A stretch of 64,000 nucleotides of DNA from Vicinamibacteria bacterium (GCA_963668695.2 CAXXLQ010000004.1:3849788-3913787); one strand, 5' to 3'; shown: positions 1 to 10,383, counted from the stretch's first letter. The notes: a model not told the origin generated them from the letters alone. Numbers and translations are program-made.

Positions 1-460
1 GCGCTCGCGTCAAGCTGGGTTTCGAGCGACCCGGCGACCTCGGCGAGCACCTCCTCTCCGGGGCGCCGGGCCCCCGGCGGCGGCATCATGCCGAGCCGCA
101 GCTTCGAGACCATCTTTTCCGCGAGGGCGGCATCTTCCGGCGCGTTCCCGGCGTCGAAACCGGAGAGCGTCATGTTCCCGGTCTTCATGCGGTCGTTGTG
201 GCAGACATGCAGTAGGTCCGCAGCATCCGGTTGTGGGCGGCCGCGTTTTCGGGGGACACCGCCACAACGGCGCGCTCCGTCGCTGACGGCTCCCAGGACC
301 GAACGGTGGCGACCGTCGGCCCGGAAGCGGTGGGCTCCGATCCTTCCAGCCGGGCCAGCCGGGCTTCAAGCCCGGGCGCCGCCGCCGCGACGGAAGACGC
401 GAGCAGGCCGGCGAAGAGAACCGGAATCAGCGAAACCGCTTCCAGCCTGGATGTCCCCAT
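1..460 (-). CDS. DUF1592-family cytochrome c protein, paralog of 4027-6600; 5' part only, with a 1-nt frameshift at ~206
   Basis: Signal peptide then AAAHNRMLRTYCM. DNA is near-identical to ~6130-6375 but reads gcagacatgc instead of gcagaccatgc. Restoring one base gives YCMVCHNDRMKTGNM..EKMVSKLRLGMMPPPG. Runs off the window start. Confidence 0.8.
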
Positions 461-469
461 CGTGGCGCC

Positions 470-2503
470 TCAGCAACCCACGCAGCGGTTGTTGTTTTTC
501 GCCCCGTAGGTCTCGAGGAGGGCGATGGTCTCCGGGAAGGGGCTGATCCGCTGCACCGGCCCGTTCGCCAGGTCCACCGTGGTCTGCCCGGTCCGGGCGA
601 TTGCCAGCGGGTCGGCGCCCTTCGAGATCAGGTATTCGATCATCTCGTTGTCGCCCCGCGAGGCCGCGTGGTGGATCACGCTGTAGCCGTTGTGGTCACG
701 GGCGTCGGGATCGGCGCCCAGCTCTTCCACGAGGTACTTCACGGAGGGCATCCAGGCGTCGGGGGCGTGGCGATGCGAGTTCGCGGCCAGCCCGAGCCCG
801 TACCCGACGCCGGCAGCGGCGTGTACGGGATGGACCCCGGGGCCCCCGTGGAGAACCTCAGGGAGGCCCGAGGGATCTTCCTCAGGCTCTTCCGCCGTCA
901 GGTCGGTCAGCCCCCGGAGGGTCCGCTCGGGAACCTTGATGGTCGGGATCCCGGGGTCCGCGCCGCGCGCGACCAGCATCTTCATCGCGGGGATGTCGAG
1001 CGCGTAGGCCGCGCGCCAGAAGGCGGTGGCCCCGGCCCGGTTCACCCCGAGCTGGTCGGTGTTGTAGGTGCTGTACCACTGCTTCCGCTCGAGCCGGGAG
1101 TTCACGTCCGCCCCGGCATCGATGAGCGCCTCCATCAACTCGATGTGCGAGGTCTGCTGGCGGAGGTGATCCGCGGGCTGGGGATGGAAGGGTTGCGAAA
1201 TCCAGCGGGCGTTGATCGCGCCATACAGCGGAGCGCCGCCGGAGACGTTCTTCAGGTTCGGGTCCGCACCGCGTTTGAGCAGTTCCATTCCGATGTCGTA
1301 GTGGCCGTTGATCGCCGCCATCAGGAGAGGTGTGGTGCGGTGGCCCTCGGCCCGCTGGTTGATGTCGGCCCCACCGTCCATGAGGGCGACGGCGGCTTCC
1401 AGATGGCCGTCACGAGCGGCGAGCAGCAGAGCCGTCAGGCCGCCGTGCGTCCCGACCAGTTCGGCGTAGCGGAGCGGCTGGAGGCGGTTCCGGTCCCGCT
1501 TCCTGCTCGCTCTGCGCTTCTTTGCCTCTTCGATGGCCTTGGCCCTGACGAGATCGTCCTCGGGATGACCGTGCGCCGCGGCGTGCTCGTCCTCCTCCGC
1601 CGCCAATTCCTCCGCGGTCTTTGCGGTCTTCAGATCAGCAAGGTCCTTCGCAAGGTCCGCAGAACCGGATTTCCCGGTGCCGGCGTCGGCTCCCGTGGAA
1701 GCGGTCGCGGGGGCCTCCTCGATGCGTCCCTTCTCGTTCGCCGCCTTGGCGGCCGCGGCCCGCGCCCGTCGCTGGGCCTCCCGGGCCTTCTTGTCGCGTT
1801 CCCGCTCGTCGTAGATCACGCCCGCTGCGCCCCGTCCCTGGTCGATCCGCGCCTGGCGAGCCCGACGCGCGATGAGATCCCGCTCGGCGCGGGCCGCGAC
1901 GTCCAGTACCGAAGCGGTGATCGAGGGATCGGCGCCCGCTTCCAGAAGCGTCGCGACGGCCGCGGTGCGGCCCACGGCGGCCGCGAACATGAGCGGGGTC
2001 TGTCCCCACTGCGGCTCGACGGCGTCGAGGTTGGCGCCATGCTTCCCCAGCACCGTGAGGGTCGGTGTGCTGCCGGAAGCCGCGGCGAAGTGGATCGCCC
2101 GGGCTCCGGTTCCGGTCGGCTCGGCGATCGGGGCGCCGGCCTCGAGGAGGACTTCGGCAACTCCCGCCTGGCCGGCCGCCGCCGCCACGTGCAGCGGCAT
2201 GTGGCTCCCGAGGCGCGTGGTGGCGCTGATGTCCGCACCCGCCGCGATCAAGACCTCCGCAACCTCGCGGTTCCCCGTCTTCGCCGCCCAGTGCAGCGCC
2301 GTGAACCCGTCGCCCTGCGCCGCGTTCACGTCCGCGCCCGAGCGCAGCTCCGCCTTCAGCGTCTCCAGGTCACCGCGCTTCGCGGCGTCCAGCACCGGCG
2401 CGAGCAGCGCCGCATACCCGGCTCCGACCAGCACTCCCAGCACTGCGAGCAGTGCCGCCAGGCCGATCCATCGCTTTTTGATCTTCCGCTTTCCAATCTT
2501 CAT
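470..2503 (-). CDS. Ankyrin-repeat protein with N-terminal membrane anchor
   Basis: Repeated TALHWAA, TPLMFAA, TPLLMAA and GADVN/GADPN ankyrin motifs; hydrophobic N-terminus; C-terminal CVGC. Confidence 0.92.
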   Translation of the reverse strand: MKIGKRKIKKRWIGLAALLAVLGVLVGAGYAALLAPVLDAAKRGDLETLKAELRSGADVNAAQGDGFTALHWAAKTGNREVAEVLIAAGADISATTRLGSHMPLHVAAAAGQAGVAEVLLEAGAPIAEPTGTGARAIHFAAASGSTPTLTVLGKHGANLDAVEPQWGQTPLMFAAAVGRTAAVATLLEAGADPSITASVLDVAARAERDLIARRARQARIDQGRGAAGVIYDERERDKKAREAQRRARAAAAKAANEKGRIEEAPATASTGADAGTGKSGSADLAKDLADLKTAKTAEELAAEEDEHAAAHGHPEDDLVRAKAIEEAKKRRASRKRDRNRLQPLRYAELVGTHGGLTALLLAARDGHLEAAVALMDGGADINQRAEGHRTTPLLMAAINGHYDIGMELLKRGADPNLKNVSGGAPLYGAINARWISQPFHPQPADHLRQQTSHIELMEALIDAGADVNSRLERKQWYSTYNTDQLGVNRAGATAFWRAAYALDIPAMKMLVARGADPGIPTIKVPERTLRGLTDLTAEEPEEDPSGLPEVLHGGPGVHPVHAAAGVGYGLGLAANSHRHAPDAWMPSVKYLVEELGADPDARDHNGYSVIHHAASRGDNEMIEYLISKGADPLAIARTGQTTVDLANGPVQRISPFPETIALLETYGAKNNNRCVGC

Positions 2504-2554
2504 GCCGCGTCCCTCTCTTGGGTCAAAGTCCCTGATGTGGATCCCGCTCCCGGG

Positions 2555-3943
2555 TTACACCGCCTGCGAGAGCGAGAACGCACCCGTGCTGTTCCCGAAG
2601 CTCTCCAGATCATCCATCCCCAGCTTGTGCAGCAACGTGAGCATCACGTTCGCCAGCGGGGTCCCGGGTTCCGCACGCAGGTGCAGGTTGTTCTCCAGCG
2701 CTCCGTTCGCGCCTCCCGCTACAAAGAACGGAACGCGCTTGTGGTTGTGGATGTTCGGATCTCCCATCGGAGACCCATACAGGATCATCGTCTTGTCCAG
2801 CAGCGTCCGATCCTCTTCCTGGATGCTCCGCAGCTTCTCCATGAAATACGGAATCAGGCTCACGTGATACCGGTTGATCCGGCTCAGGAGTTCCACCCGC
2901 TCGTCGTCATTCCCGTGGTGTGAGGCCGGATGGAACGCCGTCGATTCGCCGCTGTCCGGAAACACCCGGCTCGACGCGTCCCGGCCCAGCTTGAGGCTGA
3001 ACACCCGCGTCATGTCCGACTGGAACGCCAGCGCCTGCAGCTCGAACATGATCTTCACGTGCTCGTCGAACGAGTCCGGAACCCCTGACGGAGCGTTCGG
3101 AAGCTCACGAAGCTCCCCGCTCGTGTTCCGTTCCACGATCCGCTCGATCCGACGCTCCATCTCCCGGACGTCCGTCAGGTACCGGTCCATCCGGCGCAAA
3201 TCCTGCGGATCCAGCGCTTCTTGCAGGGTCCGCACCTCTTCACCGATGAAGTCCAGAACGCTCCGGCGAGCCTTCTGCCGCGCCACCCGGCCCTCCGGGG
3301 TTCCCCCCGCGCCGAACAACTGGTCGAACACGATTCGGGGATCCCGTGTCATCGGAAGCGGCTCCGTCGGCGACCCCCAACTGATGGTGTCGGTGTACGC
3401 GCAGGCATACCCGTAAGCGCAACCACCCGCCTGGTCCACCGTCTCGATGCAGAGCTGCATCGAAGGAATCGGCGTGTCCTGGCCGAAACGGTTCGCATAC
3501 ATCTGATCCAGCGAGGTCCCGGCAAAGACATCGGACCCTTCGGTCTGCCTTGGATGGGACTGGGTCAGGAACGTCGAGCTCGAGCGGAAGTGGTCCCCGC
3601 CGATCTCCCGCGCCGTCTCGGCCTCCGCGGGCTCCACGTCACAGTCGCTCACGACCGTGACGTAGTCCCGGACCGGCTCCAGGGAGCTGAGCGCACCCTT
3701 CGACAGATCGAAGTCCGCGCCCTCTTTCTCCGGAGACCACAGGTGCTGCTCACGACCGTACTTGTTGCTGCCCGCCGCCCCGTGGACGATCTCCACCGCC
3801 ACGAGCCGCGTCGGATCCTCCGCCGTCGGCTTCGCGATCACGCTCGCCGGAACCATCGCGTCCAAAAACGGCAACGCGACCGTGGCCCCCGCTCCCCGCA
3901 GGAACGTACGGCGTGGAAGGCTCTTGCCGGTCAGGTAGTTCAT
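2555..3943 (-). CDS. DUF1552-domain protein, Tat-exported
   Basis: RRTFLRG twin-arginine signal; ALPFLDAM, CAYGYACAY, D-TRVFS and HPASHH motifs; lies directly downstream of a DUF1592 gene. Confidence 0.9.
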   Translation of the reverse strand: MNYLTGKSLPRRTFLRGAGATVALPFLDAMVPASVIAKPTAEDPTRLVAVEIVHGAAGSNKYGREQHLWSPEKEGADFDLSKGALSSLEPVRDYVTVVSDCDVEPAEAETAREIGGDHFRSSSTFLTQSHPRQTEGSDVFAGTSLDQMYANRFGQDTPIPSMQLCIETVDQAGGCAYGYACAYTDTISWGSPTEPLPMTRDPRIVFDQLFGAGGTPEGRVARQKARRSVLDFIGEEVRTLQEALDPQDLRRMDRYLTDVREMERRIERIVERNTSGELRELPNAPSGVPDSFDEHVKIMFELQALAFQSDMTRVFSLKLGRDASSRVFPDSGESTAFHPASHHGNDDERVELLSRINRYHVSLIPYFMEKLRSIQEEDRTLLDKTMILYGSPMGDPNIHNHKRVPFFVAGGANGALENNLHLRAEPGTPLANVMLTLLHKLGMDDLESFGNSTGAFSLSQAV

Positions 3944-4026
3944 CGCTGTCTCCTTGTGGTCAGACTGACTTTCTCTCTTGGCTTTCTCGTTTTGACTCTT
4001 CTCGGTTTGATTCTCTGTAGGGCTTC

Positions 4027-6600
4027 CTAATGCTCCGCGGCATGCTCCGCGGCGAGCGTCGTCTCCGTCTCGGCTTCGACCCCGCCCTTCATCTGGAAGG
4101 CCGGACTCGTCGCCACCCCCAGGATGAACGAAGACATCCGGTAGTCCGAAGCCTCCGCTTCCCGAACGATCTCCCGGATCAGCGGCTGGTCGTAATACTC
4201 CACCCGCCGACCCAGCGCATACGCCATCAGGTTCTCCGTGAATGTCCGCAGCAGCGGCGTCGGACGCTTCAACAGCGCCTCCCGCAGGTCCCCGATGTCA
4301 CGGATCGGAGTCCCGTCGTAGAACTCGCCCGACGCGTCGATCGGCTGGCCCGCGTCCTTCACCCGAATCCGCCCAGTCACGTCGAATTGCTCCAGGGCCA
4401 ACCCGATCGGATCCATCATCCGGTGGCACGAACGGCACGCCGGGTTGTCCCGGTGGATCTCGAGGGCTTGGCGGGCGGTGAGTTTGCGGACCGTCTCGCC
4501 TGACTCCCCGGCATCCAGGTCCGGAACGTTCGGAGGCGGAGGTGGCGGCGGACTCCCGAGCAGCACCTCCATCACCCACTTCCCACGAAGCACCGCCGAC
4601 GTCCGATACGGATGGGACGTCAGCGTCAGCATGCTCCCGTGGGCGAAGATCCCACGCCGGTTCGGATTCTGATACCGCACCAGACGGTGCTCCGGACCGG
4701 CAACCCCCTCCATCCCGTAGTGGTCGGCCAGGTTGTCGTTCACGAACGTGTAGTCCGCCGTGAACAGGTCGAAGACGCTCTTGTCCTCGGACACCAGGTG
4801 ATGGAAGAACCGCTCCGTCTCCTCCACCATCGCCAACTTCAACTGCTGGTAGAAGTCCGGATACAACCGAACGTTCGGGTTGATCTTCTCCAGATCCTGC
4901 AACCGGAACCATTGATGCGCGAACCGCTTCGCCAGCGCTTCCGAGCGCGGGTCCGCGAGCATCCGACGAACCTGCGTCTCGAACACCGCAGGATCCGACA
5001 ACTGCCCCGCCTCGGCCGCATCGAGCAGCTCGTGGTCGGGGATCGTCCCCCACAGGAAGAACGACAGGCGCGACGCCAGGTCGGTATCCGTCAGTCGGTA
5101 CCCGAACTCCGCCTCCCGCGGGTCCAGGGGCTCTTCGATCCGGAACACGAAGTTGGGGCTCGCGAGCATTCCCTCGATCCCCATCCGGATCCCTTCCTCG
5201 AAGCCGACGCTCGCGGCCCCCATGTCATAGAGCGACATCAGCGCCTTGAGGTTGCGCTCGGTCAGATTCCGCCGATACGCGAGACGCCCGAGCCGCGACA
5301 GGATCTTCTCGGCACAGGGGCCCGCCTCTTCCGCCGAGAGCGGCCGGCAGGTGAAGATCGCCTCGCGGCTCGGGGTCTCCGACACCCCGGTCGCGTCGAA
5401 GGGCCCCGTAATGATCAGATCCCGCAAGTGGGGTACGTTGTGGATGCCGTAGGTCCTCGACGTCGCGGTGCTGGCAAGTGACCAGTCGTGGGGGGAGATC
5501 AGGTCGAGGACCGGTCCCTCGTAGTGCTTCAGGAAAACCGCGGCCACCTTGCGCGGGCCACCCCGCACGAAGACCGGTTCGCTCCGCAGATTGACCCCGT
5601 CGGGGTCGGAAACGTGCATCCAGCGACCGACGTCCAGGAGCGCGAGCCGCTCACCGTCGATCGAGATCTCGACCTGCTCCGGAGTGTCGACCGTGTGAAG
5701 CGAACTCGATCCCGAGCCGACAATGGCGCCGGTCGTCTCGTGGTGGAAGGCCACCCGGAACCGATACGCGCCGTCCGCCGGGAATACGTGGTCCACGACG
5801 ATTCCGCCCCGCGTTCCGTAGGGAGCTCCCTCGACCAGATCCAACTGGGCAGCCCAGCGGGACACGTGGTAGCCGGACTCCGCGGCCACCGCGTCAGGGT
5901 CCCCGACCGCGAGATGACTGATATCGCTGGCCGCCCGCAGGTAGGAGTCCATGAGCGTCGCAGACAGCAACTGGACGTCCGCGATGTTGTCGAAGTTCGC
6001 GCTGATCGTGTCCTGCGGGAGGTATTTGGCCCCATCCAGCGGGAGGTCCAACAGGTCCCCGATCGCCGCGGTGTATTCGGCCCGGTTCAAGCGCTGGAAG
6101 GAGCGGCGCCCGGGATTCGGGTTTTCCTCGGCGCTCGCGTCAAGCTGGGTCTCGAGCGACTCCGCGACCTCGCCAAGCAGGTCCTCCGCCGGCCGCCGGG
6201 CCCCCGGCGGCGGCATCATGCCGAGCCGGAGCTTCGAGACCATCTTCTCCGCGAGGGCCGGGTTCGCGACTGCCTCGCCGGCATCGAACGCGGCAAGCGA
6301 CATGTTCCCGGTCTTCATCCGGTCGTTGTGGCAGACCATGCAATAGGTCCGCAGCATTCCGTTGTGCGCGGCGGCCGTCTCCGTGCTTATGGACCCAGTG
6401 TTTTTGGACCCATCGTTTTTGGACCCACCGGGGGAACTCTCCGGACTCCAGTTCCGGACAGACGCGATGGTAGGCGCCGCCGGCGCGATGGTGGGCGCCG
6501 CCGGCTCGAAGCGCGGCGTCTCCTCGGCATCAGCGGCCGGCGGCAGCAGGTATGCGCCCACGCCGAGGGACCACGCTGCGACGATGGGAATTAGGCGCAT
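4027..6600 (-). CDS. DUF1592/DUF1588/DUF1587 (PSD/PSCyt) cytochrome c-like protein
   Basis: Two CxxCH motifs (CMVCH, CRSCH); RLNRAEY, LASRLSFFLWGTIPD, LLGSPPPPPP and DPIGLALEQFD motifs. Start could be 6696. Confidence 0.9.
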   Translation of the reverse strand: MRLIPIVAAWSLGVGAYLLPPAADAEETPRFEPAAPTIAPAAPTIASVRNWSPESSPGGSKNDGSKNTGSISTETAAAHNGMLRTYCMVCHNDRMKTGNMSLAAFDAGEAVANPALAEKMVSKLRLGMMPPPGARRPAEDLLGEVAESLETQLDASAEENPNPGRRSFQRLNRAEYTAAIGDLLDLPLDGAKYLPQDTISANFDNIADVQLLSATLMDSYLRAASDISHLAVGDPDAVAAESGYHVSRWAAQLDLVEGAPYGTRGGIVVDHVFPADGAYRFRVAFHHETTGAIVGSGSSSLHTVDTPEQVEISIDGERLALLDVGRWMHVSDPDGVNLRSEPVFVRGGPRKVAAVFLKHYEGPVLDLISPHDWSLASTATSRTYGIHNVPHLRDLIITGPFDATGVSETPSREAIFTCRPLSAEEAGPCAEKILSRLGRLAYRRNLTERNLKALMSLYDMGAASVGFEEGIRMGIEGMLASPNFVFRIEEPLDPREAEFGYRLTDTDLASRLSFFLWGTIPDHELLDAAEAGQLSDPAVFETQVRRMLADPRSEALAKRFAHQWFRLQDLEKINPNVRLYPDFYQQLKLAMVEETERFFHHLVSEDKSVFDLFTADYTFVNDNLADHYGMEGVAGPEHRLVRYQNPNRRGIFAHGSMLTLTSHPYRTSAVLRGKWVMEVLLGSPPPPPPPNVPDLDAGESGETVRKLTARQALEIHRDNPACRSCHRMMDPIGLALEQFDVTGRIRVKDAGQPIDASGEFYDGTPIRDIGDLREALLKRPTPLLRTFTENLMAYALGRRVEYYDQPLIREIVREAEASDYRMSSFILGVATSPAFQMKGGVEAETETTLAAEHAAEH

Positions 6601-6883
6601 GGGACGTTTTGCCGGACGTGGCGAGGCGGTGTTTCCGCCCCCGAATACGCTCCGGCCCAATTGGAAGAGGATAGTGGCGAGCGACCCCCGATGCAAGCAG
6701 CGGAAACCCGTTCCGGGGCGTTCGGCGGAGGCGCCCAGCGGCCCCCGCAGCGCGTCGGATCAGCCCGGAATCCGGCGATTCTCTTCGCAGGCCACGGAGC
6801 GCGGTCGCGTGATCGCGGCGGAGTCCGGAGCCTGCTTCCGAGACCTTGCGGAGCTGGAGCGGGGCGGGGTCGGTCGATCGGAG

Positions 6884-6909
6884 TATGGTATTATGGTATT
6901 GGTATGGTC
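6884..6909 (+). promoter_or_regulatory. Extended -10 promoter (TGGTATTAT) overlapping TATGGTA direct repeats, putative antitoxin operator
   Basis: AT-rich gtatggtattatggtattggtATG directly before the RHH antitoxin start in otherwise very GC-rich DNA. Confidence 0.5.
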
Positions 6910-7179
6910 AAGGTTACCTACTCGCTTGACGACGCCACGGTGCGCCGGATCCGCACCATCGCGGGCCGACTCGGCATTCCCCAGAGCCAGATGGTGCGGG
7001 AGGCCGTCGCCGACTATGCGGCACGCAAGGATCGGCTGAGCGAGGCCGAGCGCCTCCGCATGCTGGAAGTGCTGTATCGCCTGCGCGACACGCCACCCCG
7101 CCGGTCCCGAGCGGAGGTGGAGGCGGAGCTGAGGGAAATCCGCGATGCGCGGCGCCGGGGCTGGCGGCCGGAGCGGTGA
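6904..7179 (+). CDS. vapB: Ribbon-helix-helix (CopG-like) antitoxin
   Basis: MVKVTYSLDDATVRRI..QSQMVREAV RHH pattern; GTGA overlap with the PIN gene. Confidence 0.8.
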   Translation: MVKVTYSLDDATVRRIRTIAGRLGIPQSQMVREAVADYAARKDRLSEAERLRMLEVLYRLRDTPPRRSRAEVEAELREIRDARRRGWRPER

Positions 7180-7550
7180 TCGTCCATCTCGACACCTCGG
7201 CGCTCGTGGACGCGCTGGCCGGCCAGAGGTCCTCGCTCACACGGCTCATCGCTCTCGTGGACGCGGGACACCGCCTGAACATTTCCGCCCCCGTCCTCTA
7301 CGAGTGGCTACGGGGACCCAGAACTCTCGACGAATTAAGGGATCAGGAGGCGCTTCTGCCTCGCCGCGCTGCCGTCCCTTTCGATACCGACGCCGCGGCG
7401 GCCGCGGCCGATCTCTATTCCGGACTCGGGAGGGCGCGCGGCCGCGAAACGGACCTGGCGGTCGCGGCGTGTGCGATCACGCAGGACGCCGCGCTCTGGT
7501 CCCTGAATGAGGAGGATTTCCAGGACATTCCCGGCCTCAACCTGGTGTAG
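7176..7550 (+). CDS. vapC: PIN-domain toxin
   Basis: HLDTSALVD, VLYEWL, DLAVAACA and SLNEEDF acidic PIN motifs; 124 aa. Confidence 0.9.
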   Translation: MIVHLDTSALVDALAGQRSSLTRLIALVDAGHRLNISAPVLYEWLRGPRTLDELRDQEALLPRRAAVPFDTDAAAAAADLYSGLGRARGRETDLAVAACAITQDAALWSLNEEDFQDIPGLNLV

Positions 7551-7598
7551 CCGGCCGGCGCCCGACGACCGAATTCGTCCGGATCGGTCGGTTTCCCG

Positions 7599-8396
7599 CT
7601 ACGGGAACTCGAGATCGCAGAGGACCGGCGCGTGGTCGGAGGGAATGTCCTCACCCTTCCGCTGACGCCGCTCGTCCCGGTCTACCCGGACCGATCCGAT
7701 CCGACCGGCGAGAGGACCGGTCAGATAGATGTGATCGATGCGGGCGCCGACGTTCCTGGCGAAGGCCAGGCGGGTGTAGTCCCACCAGGTGTAGAGGCCC
7801 TTTTCCGGTTCCGCCCCCTCCGCGTAGACCGTTCGATAGGCATCGGACAGTCCCCACGCGGCAACGCCTCGGAGCGCCGTGCGGGCGTCCGGGTGGCAGA
7901 GCACCCCTCCCGGGTCCGCCACCGCGGCGTCTTGGTCCTTCGGGGCCACGTTGAAGTCTCCGCAGAGGATGAGCGGCTCCGCGGGATCCGCGTTGCCGGC
8001 AAGATGGTCCCGGAGCGCTCCGAGCCATTCCAGCTTGTACTTCCAGTCGTCGGTGCGGCTCACCGCCTTCCCGTTCGGTACGTAGGCGGTGATCACCCGG
8101 CATCCCGCCGCGCGGACGTCCAGCAGGCGCGCCTCGCCGCGCTCCCGGCACGGAGGAAGGCCGCGCTCCAGAACCTCCAGAGACTCGCGGGCGAGGATGG
8201 CCACCCCGTTCCTCGCGGCCTGGGCGTGCACGACGGCCCGGTAGCCGGCAGCCTCGATATCCAGCCAGGGGAAGGCCTCCGCGGGAGCGCGAAGCTCCTG
8301 GAGACAGAGGATGTCGGGCTCGTGTCTTGCGAGCAGACGGAGCAGGCGAGGCCGGCGCGTCCGGATCGAATTCAGGTTCCAGGTAATGACGCGCAA
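7599..8396 (-). CDS. xth: Exodeoxyribonuclease III
   Basis: TWNLNSIR, CLQE, YVPNG, GDFNVAP, YTWWDY, RIDHI and SDHAPV motifs. Confidence 0.95.
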   Translation of the reverse strand: MRVITWNLNSIRTRRPRLLRLLARHEPDILCLQELRAPAEAFPWLDIEAAGYRAVVHAQAARNGVAILARESLEVLERGLPPCRERGEARLLDVRAAGCRVITAYVPNGKAVSRTDDWKYKLEWLGALRDHLAGNADPAEPLILCGDFNVAPKDQDAAVADPGGVLCHPDARTALRGVAAWGLSDAYRTVYAEGAEPEKGLYTWWDYTRLAFARNVGARIDHIYLTGPLAGRIGSVRVDRDERRQRKGEDIPSDHAPVLCDLEFP

Positions 8397-8460
8397 CGAG
8401 ACAACCGGGCCGGATCATAGACGGCCCTCAGCCCCTACACTTGGCACCCGCCGACCCCGC

Positions 8461-8709
8461 ATGAAAGCCTTCTTTCCGATGCCGCCGCGCGAGCGCGTCG
8501 CGCTCTTCGCCCTGGTCGCCTTCTCGACGATCGCCTTCCTGCCGGTGTTCGGAGAAACGTCGGTGCTCGGCGTCGCGGTCTTCGGTTGGCTGATGGCGGT
8601 GCTGCTGCTCGGATCGCCGGCGATGCTTCTCCTGTTGCTCCTTGCCGAGCCGGACAGGGGAAGCGGCCAGGAGAATCACGAATCGGCGGAACTCCGCCCG
8701 GATCCATGA
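8461..8709 (+). CDS. Small two-TM membrane protein, probable accessory subunit of the downstream symporter
   Basis: Two hydrophobic segments; ATGA overlap with the SSS gene, a common arrangement. Confidence 0.6.
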   Translation: MKAFFPMPPRERVALFALVAFSTIAFLPVFGETSVLGVAVFGWLMAVLLLGSPAMLLLLLLAEPDRGSGQENHESAELRPDP

Positions 8710-10136
8710 TCGAACGCTGGCTCGTCCTCGCCTACCTGCTGGTATGCGTGGTGGTCGGCGCGCTGGCCACCCGCCGCGTGCTCGGCTCGGCGGACGAGTA
8801 CTGGGTGGCCGGGCGCCGCGTCGGGACGGGGGTCAACGCGCTCGCAATCATGGCGAGCCTGGCAAGCGGCGGCTCGCTGATCGGAGTGTTGGGCCTTGCC
8901 TACCGGGACGGCATTCCCGCAACGCTCGCGCTGTTCGCAGGGGCGGTGGTCGGGTTTCCGCTCGCCACCATCCTGGTCGCCGCGCCGCTTCGCCGACTGG
9001 CGAAATTCACGATCACCGACTTCATGGTTTTCCGCTACCCCCACGGACTGGTGCGGGCGCTGGTCCCGGCGATCATCGTGGTGTCGCTGACCGTCTACAT
9101 GGTGGCCCAGATGAAGGCCGCCGGGATCACCGCCGAGGCCCTGCTGGGCGTGGACTACGGGACCGCGATCACCGTCGCCACCCTCGTGTTCGTCCTCTAC
9201 GTGTCCTTCGGCGGAATGGTTGCCGTAACGGTCACCGACGTGATGCAGGGGGCTTTGTTGTTCCTCCTGATGGGGGCTACCGCCGTCATCCTGGCGCTTT
9301 CCGCGGGCTCGCCGTTCGCGTCGCTCCAGGCGGCGACCGCGGCCTCCCCGGCCTTCGGACAGCTCCCCCCGGGGGGATCCGGCTACCTGAGCTACTTCGT
9401 GATCTGGGCTTCGGCGATTCCGGTGATCCCCCACATCGTGATGCGGGTGGCCACCGCCCGGAATCCGCAAAGCGCCCGGGTCTCGCTGAACCTGGCGACG
9501 GCCATGTACGGCGTGATGATCCTGGCGGCGATCCTGCTCATCGCCCCGGTGGGGATCCTCGAATTCCCCGGGCTGACCGACCCGGATCAGGTGTTCCTGC
9601 GCATCGTGGGCGATCACTTTCCCCCGGTGCTGCGCGGGCTTGCGGTGGCGGCGGTGCTGGCGGCGGTGATGTCCACCACCGATGCCTTCCTGCTGGCGGT
9701 GAGTTCCGCGGTCGCCCACGACTTGCTGGGCGGCTACCTGTCCCGGAAGAGCAAACGAGCGCAGGCCGCCGCCCGCCTCGGAACCACCTGGCTCGTGGGG
9801 GCCGCGGCGCTCTACTGGGCCTGGTCGCCGCCCGAGTTGCTCACTCAGTTCTATACCGCCGGCGTCGGTCTGCTCTCGGCGGGGCTCTTCGTGCCGGTGG
9901 TCTTCGGCATCTGGTGGCGGCGGGCGAATCTGGTGGGCGGCGTTTTGGCGCTCGTGTCCGGAGTGACCACCTATTCCGTGCTGCTGCTCGCGGGCCCACA
10001 GCTCGGAATCGGGATCGGTCCCATTCTGCTGGCGCTTCCCGTGAGTCTGTTGGCGATGCTGATCGGCGGGCTGTGGGGCGGACGCGATCCCGCCGAGCGG
10101 TTAAGGGCCGTCGAACGACTCCACGGGGCGCAGTAA
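8706..10136 (+). CDS. Sodium:solute symporter (SSS/SLC5, ActP/PutP-like)
   Basis: YWVAGR, FTITDF, TDVMQG, PHIVMR and AAVMSTTDA motifs; many TM helices. Confidence 0.92.
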   Translation: MIERWLVLAYLLVCVVVGALATRRVLGSADEYWVAGRRVGTGVNALAIMASLASGGSLIGVLGLAYRDGIPATLALFAGAVVGFPLATILVAAPLRRLAKFTITDFMVFRYPHGLVRALVPAIIVVSLTVYMVAQMKAAGITAEALLGVDYGTAITVATLVFVLYVSFGGMVAVTVTDVMQGALLFLLMGATAVILALSAGSPFASLQAATAASPAFGQLPPGGSGYLSYFVIWASAIPVIPHIVMRVATARNPQSARVSLNLATAMYGVMILAAILLIAPVGILEFPGLTDPDQVFLRIVGDHFPPVLRGLAVAAVLAAVMSTTDAFLLAVSSAVAHDLLGGYLSRKSKRAQAAARLGTTWLVGAAALYWAWSPPELLTQFYTAGVGLLSAGLFVPVVFGIWWRRANLVGGVLALVSGVTTYSVLLLAGPQLGIGIGPILLALPVSLLAMLIGGLWGGRDPAERLRAVERLHGAQ

Positions 10137-10139
10137 GGG

Positions 10140-10380
10140 TTAACAGCCTGTGGTGAAACCCGCGCGGCCCAGTTCTCCCGGTGGGGGCTCGGCCGGCGAT
10201 CCATCCCGGCTGAACCACTCCGCTTCGCTGCGTTCTGCGTTGCGTTTCGGTCGAAATACACCGGGTATTCCTCCCTCACGCGCCTTGTCAGCCGGGCCCC
10301 CACCGGGAGGACTGGCCCCACCGGGAGAACTGGGCCTCACCGGCCTCGGCGCTCACCCGGGTTCCACCACAGGCTGTTAG
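10140..10380. mobile_element. MITE copy carrying three 19-nt inserts
   Basis: Terminal inverted repeats ACAGCCTGTGGTGAAACCC / GGGTTCCACCACAGGCTGT; TTAA and TTAG flanks; homologous to other copies in the window. Confidence 0.85.
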
Positions 10381-10383
10381 ACG

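Noticed and set aside
10169-10187. 19-mer as sequencing adapter contamination
   Set aside because: It does not match the Illumina, Nextera, PacBio or Nanopore adapters I know, it avoids coding sequence, it recurs at homologous sites and it has point variants. Not fully excluded without reads.
10140-10380. Small ORFs within MITE copies (SSPGG/PVLPVG/HRENW peptides)
   Set aside because: They are translations of the repeat in all frames, with no transposase motifs.
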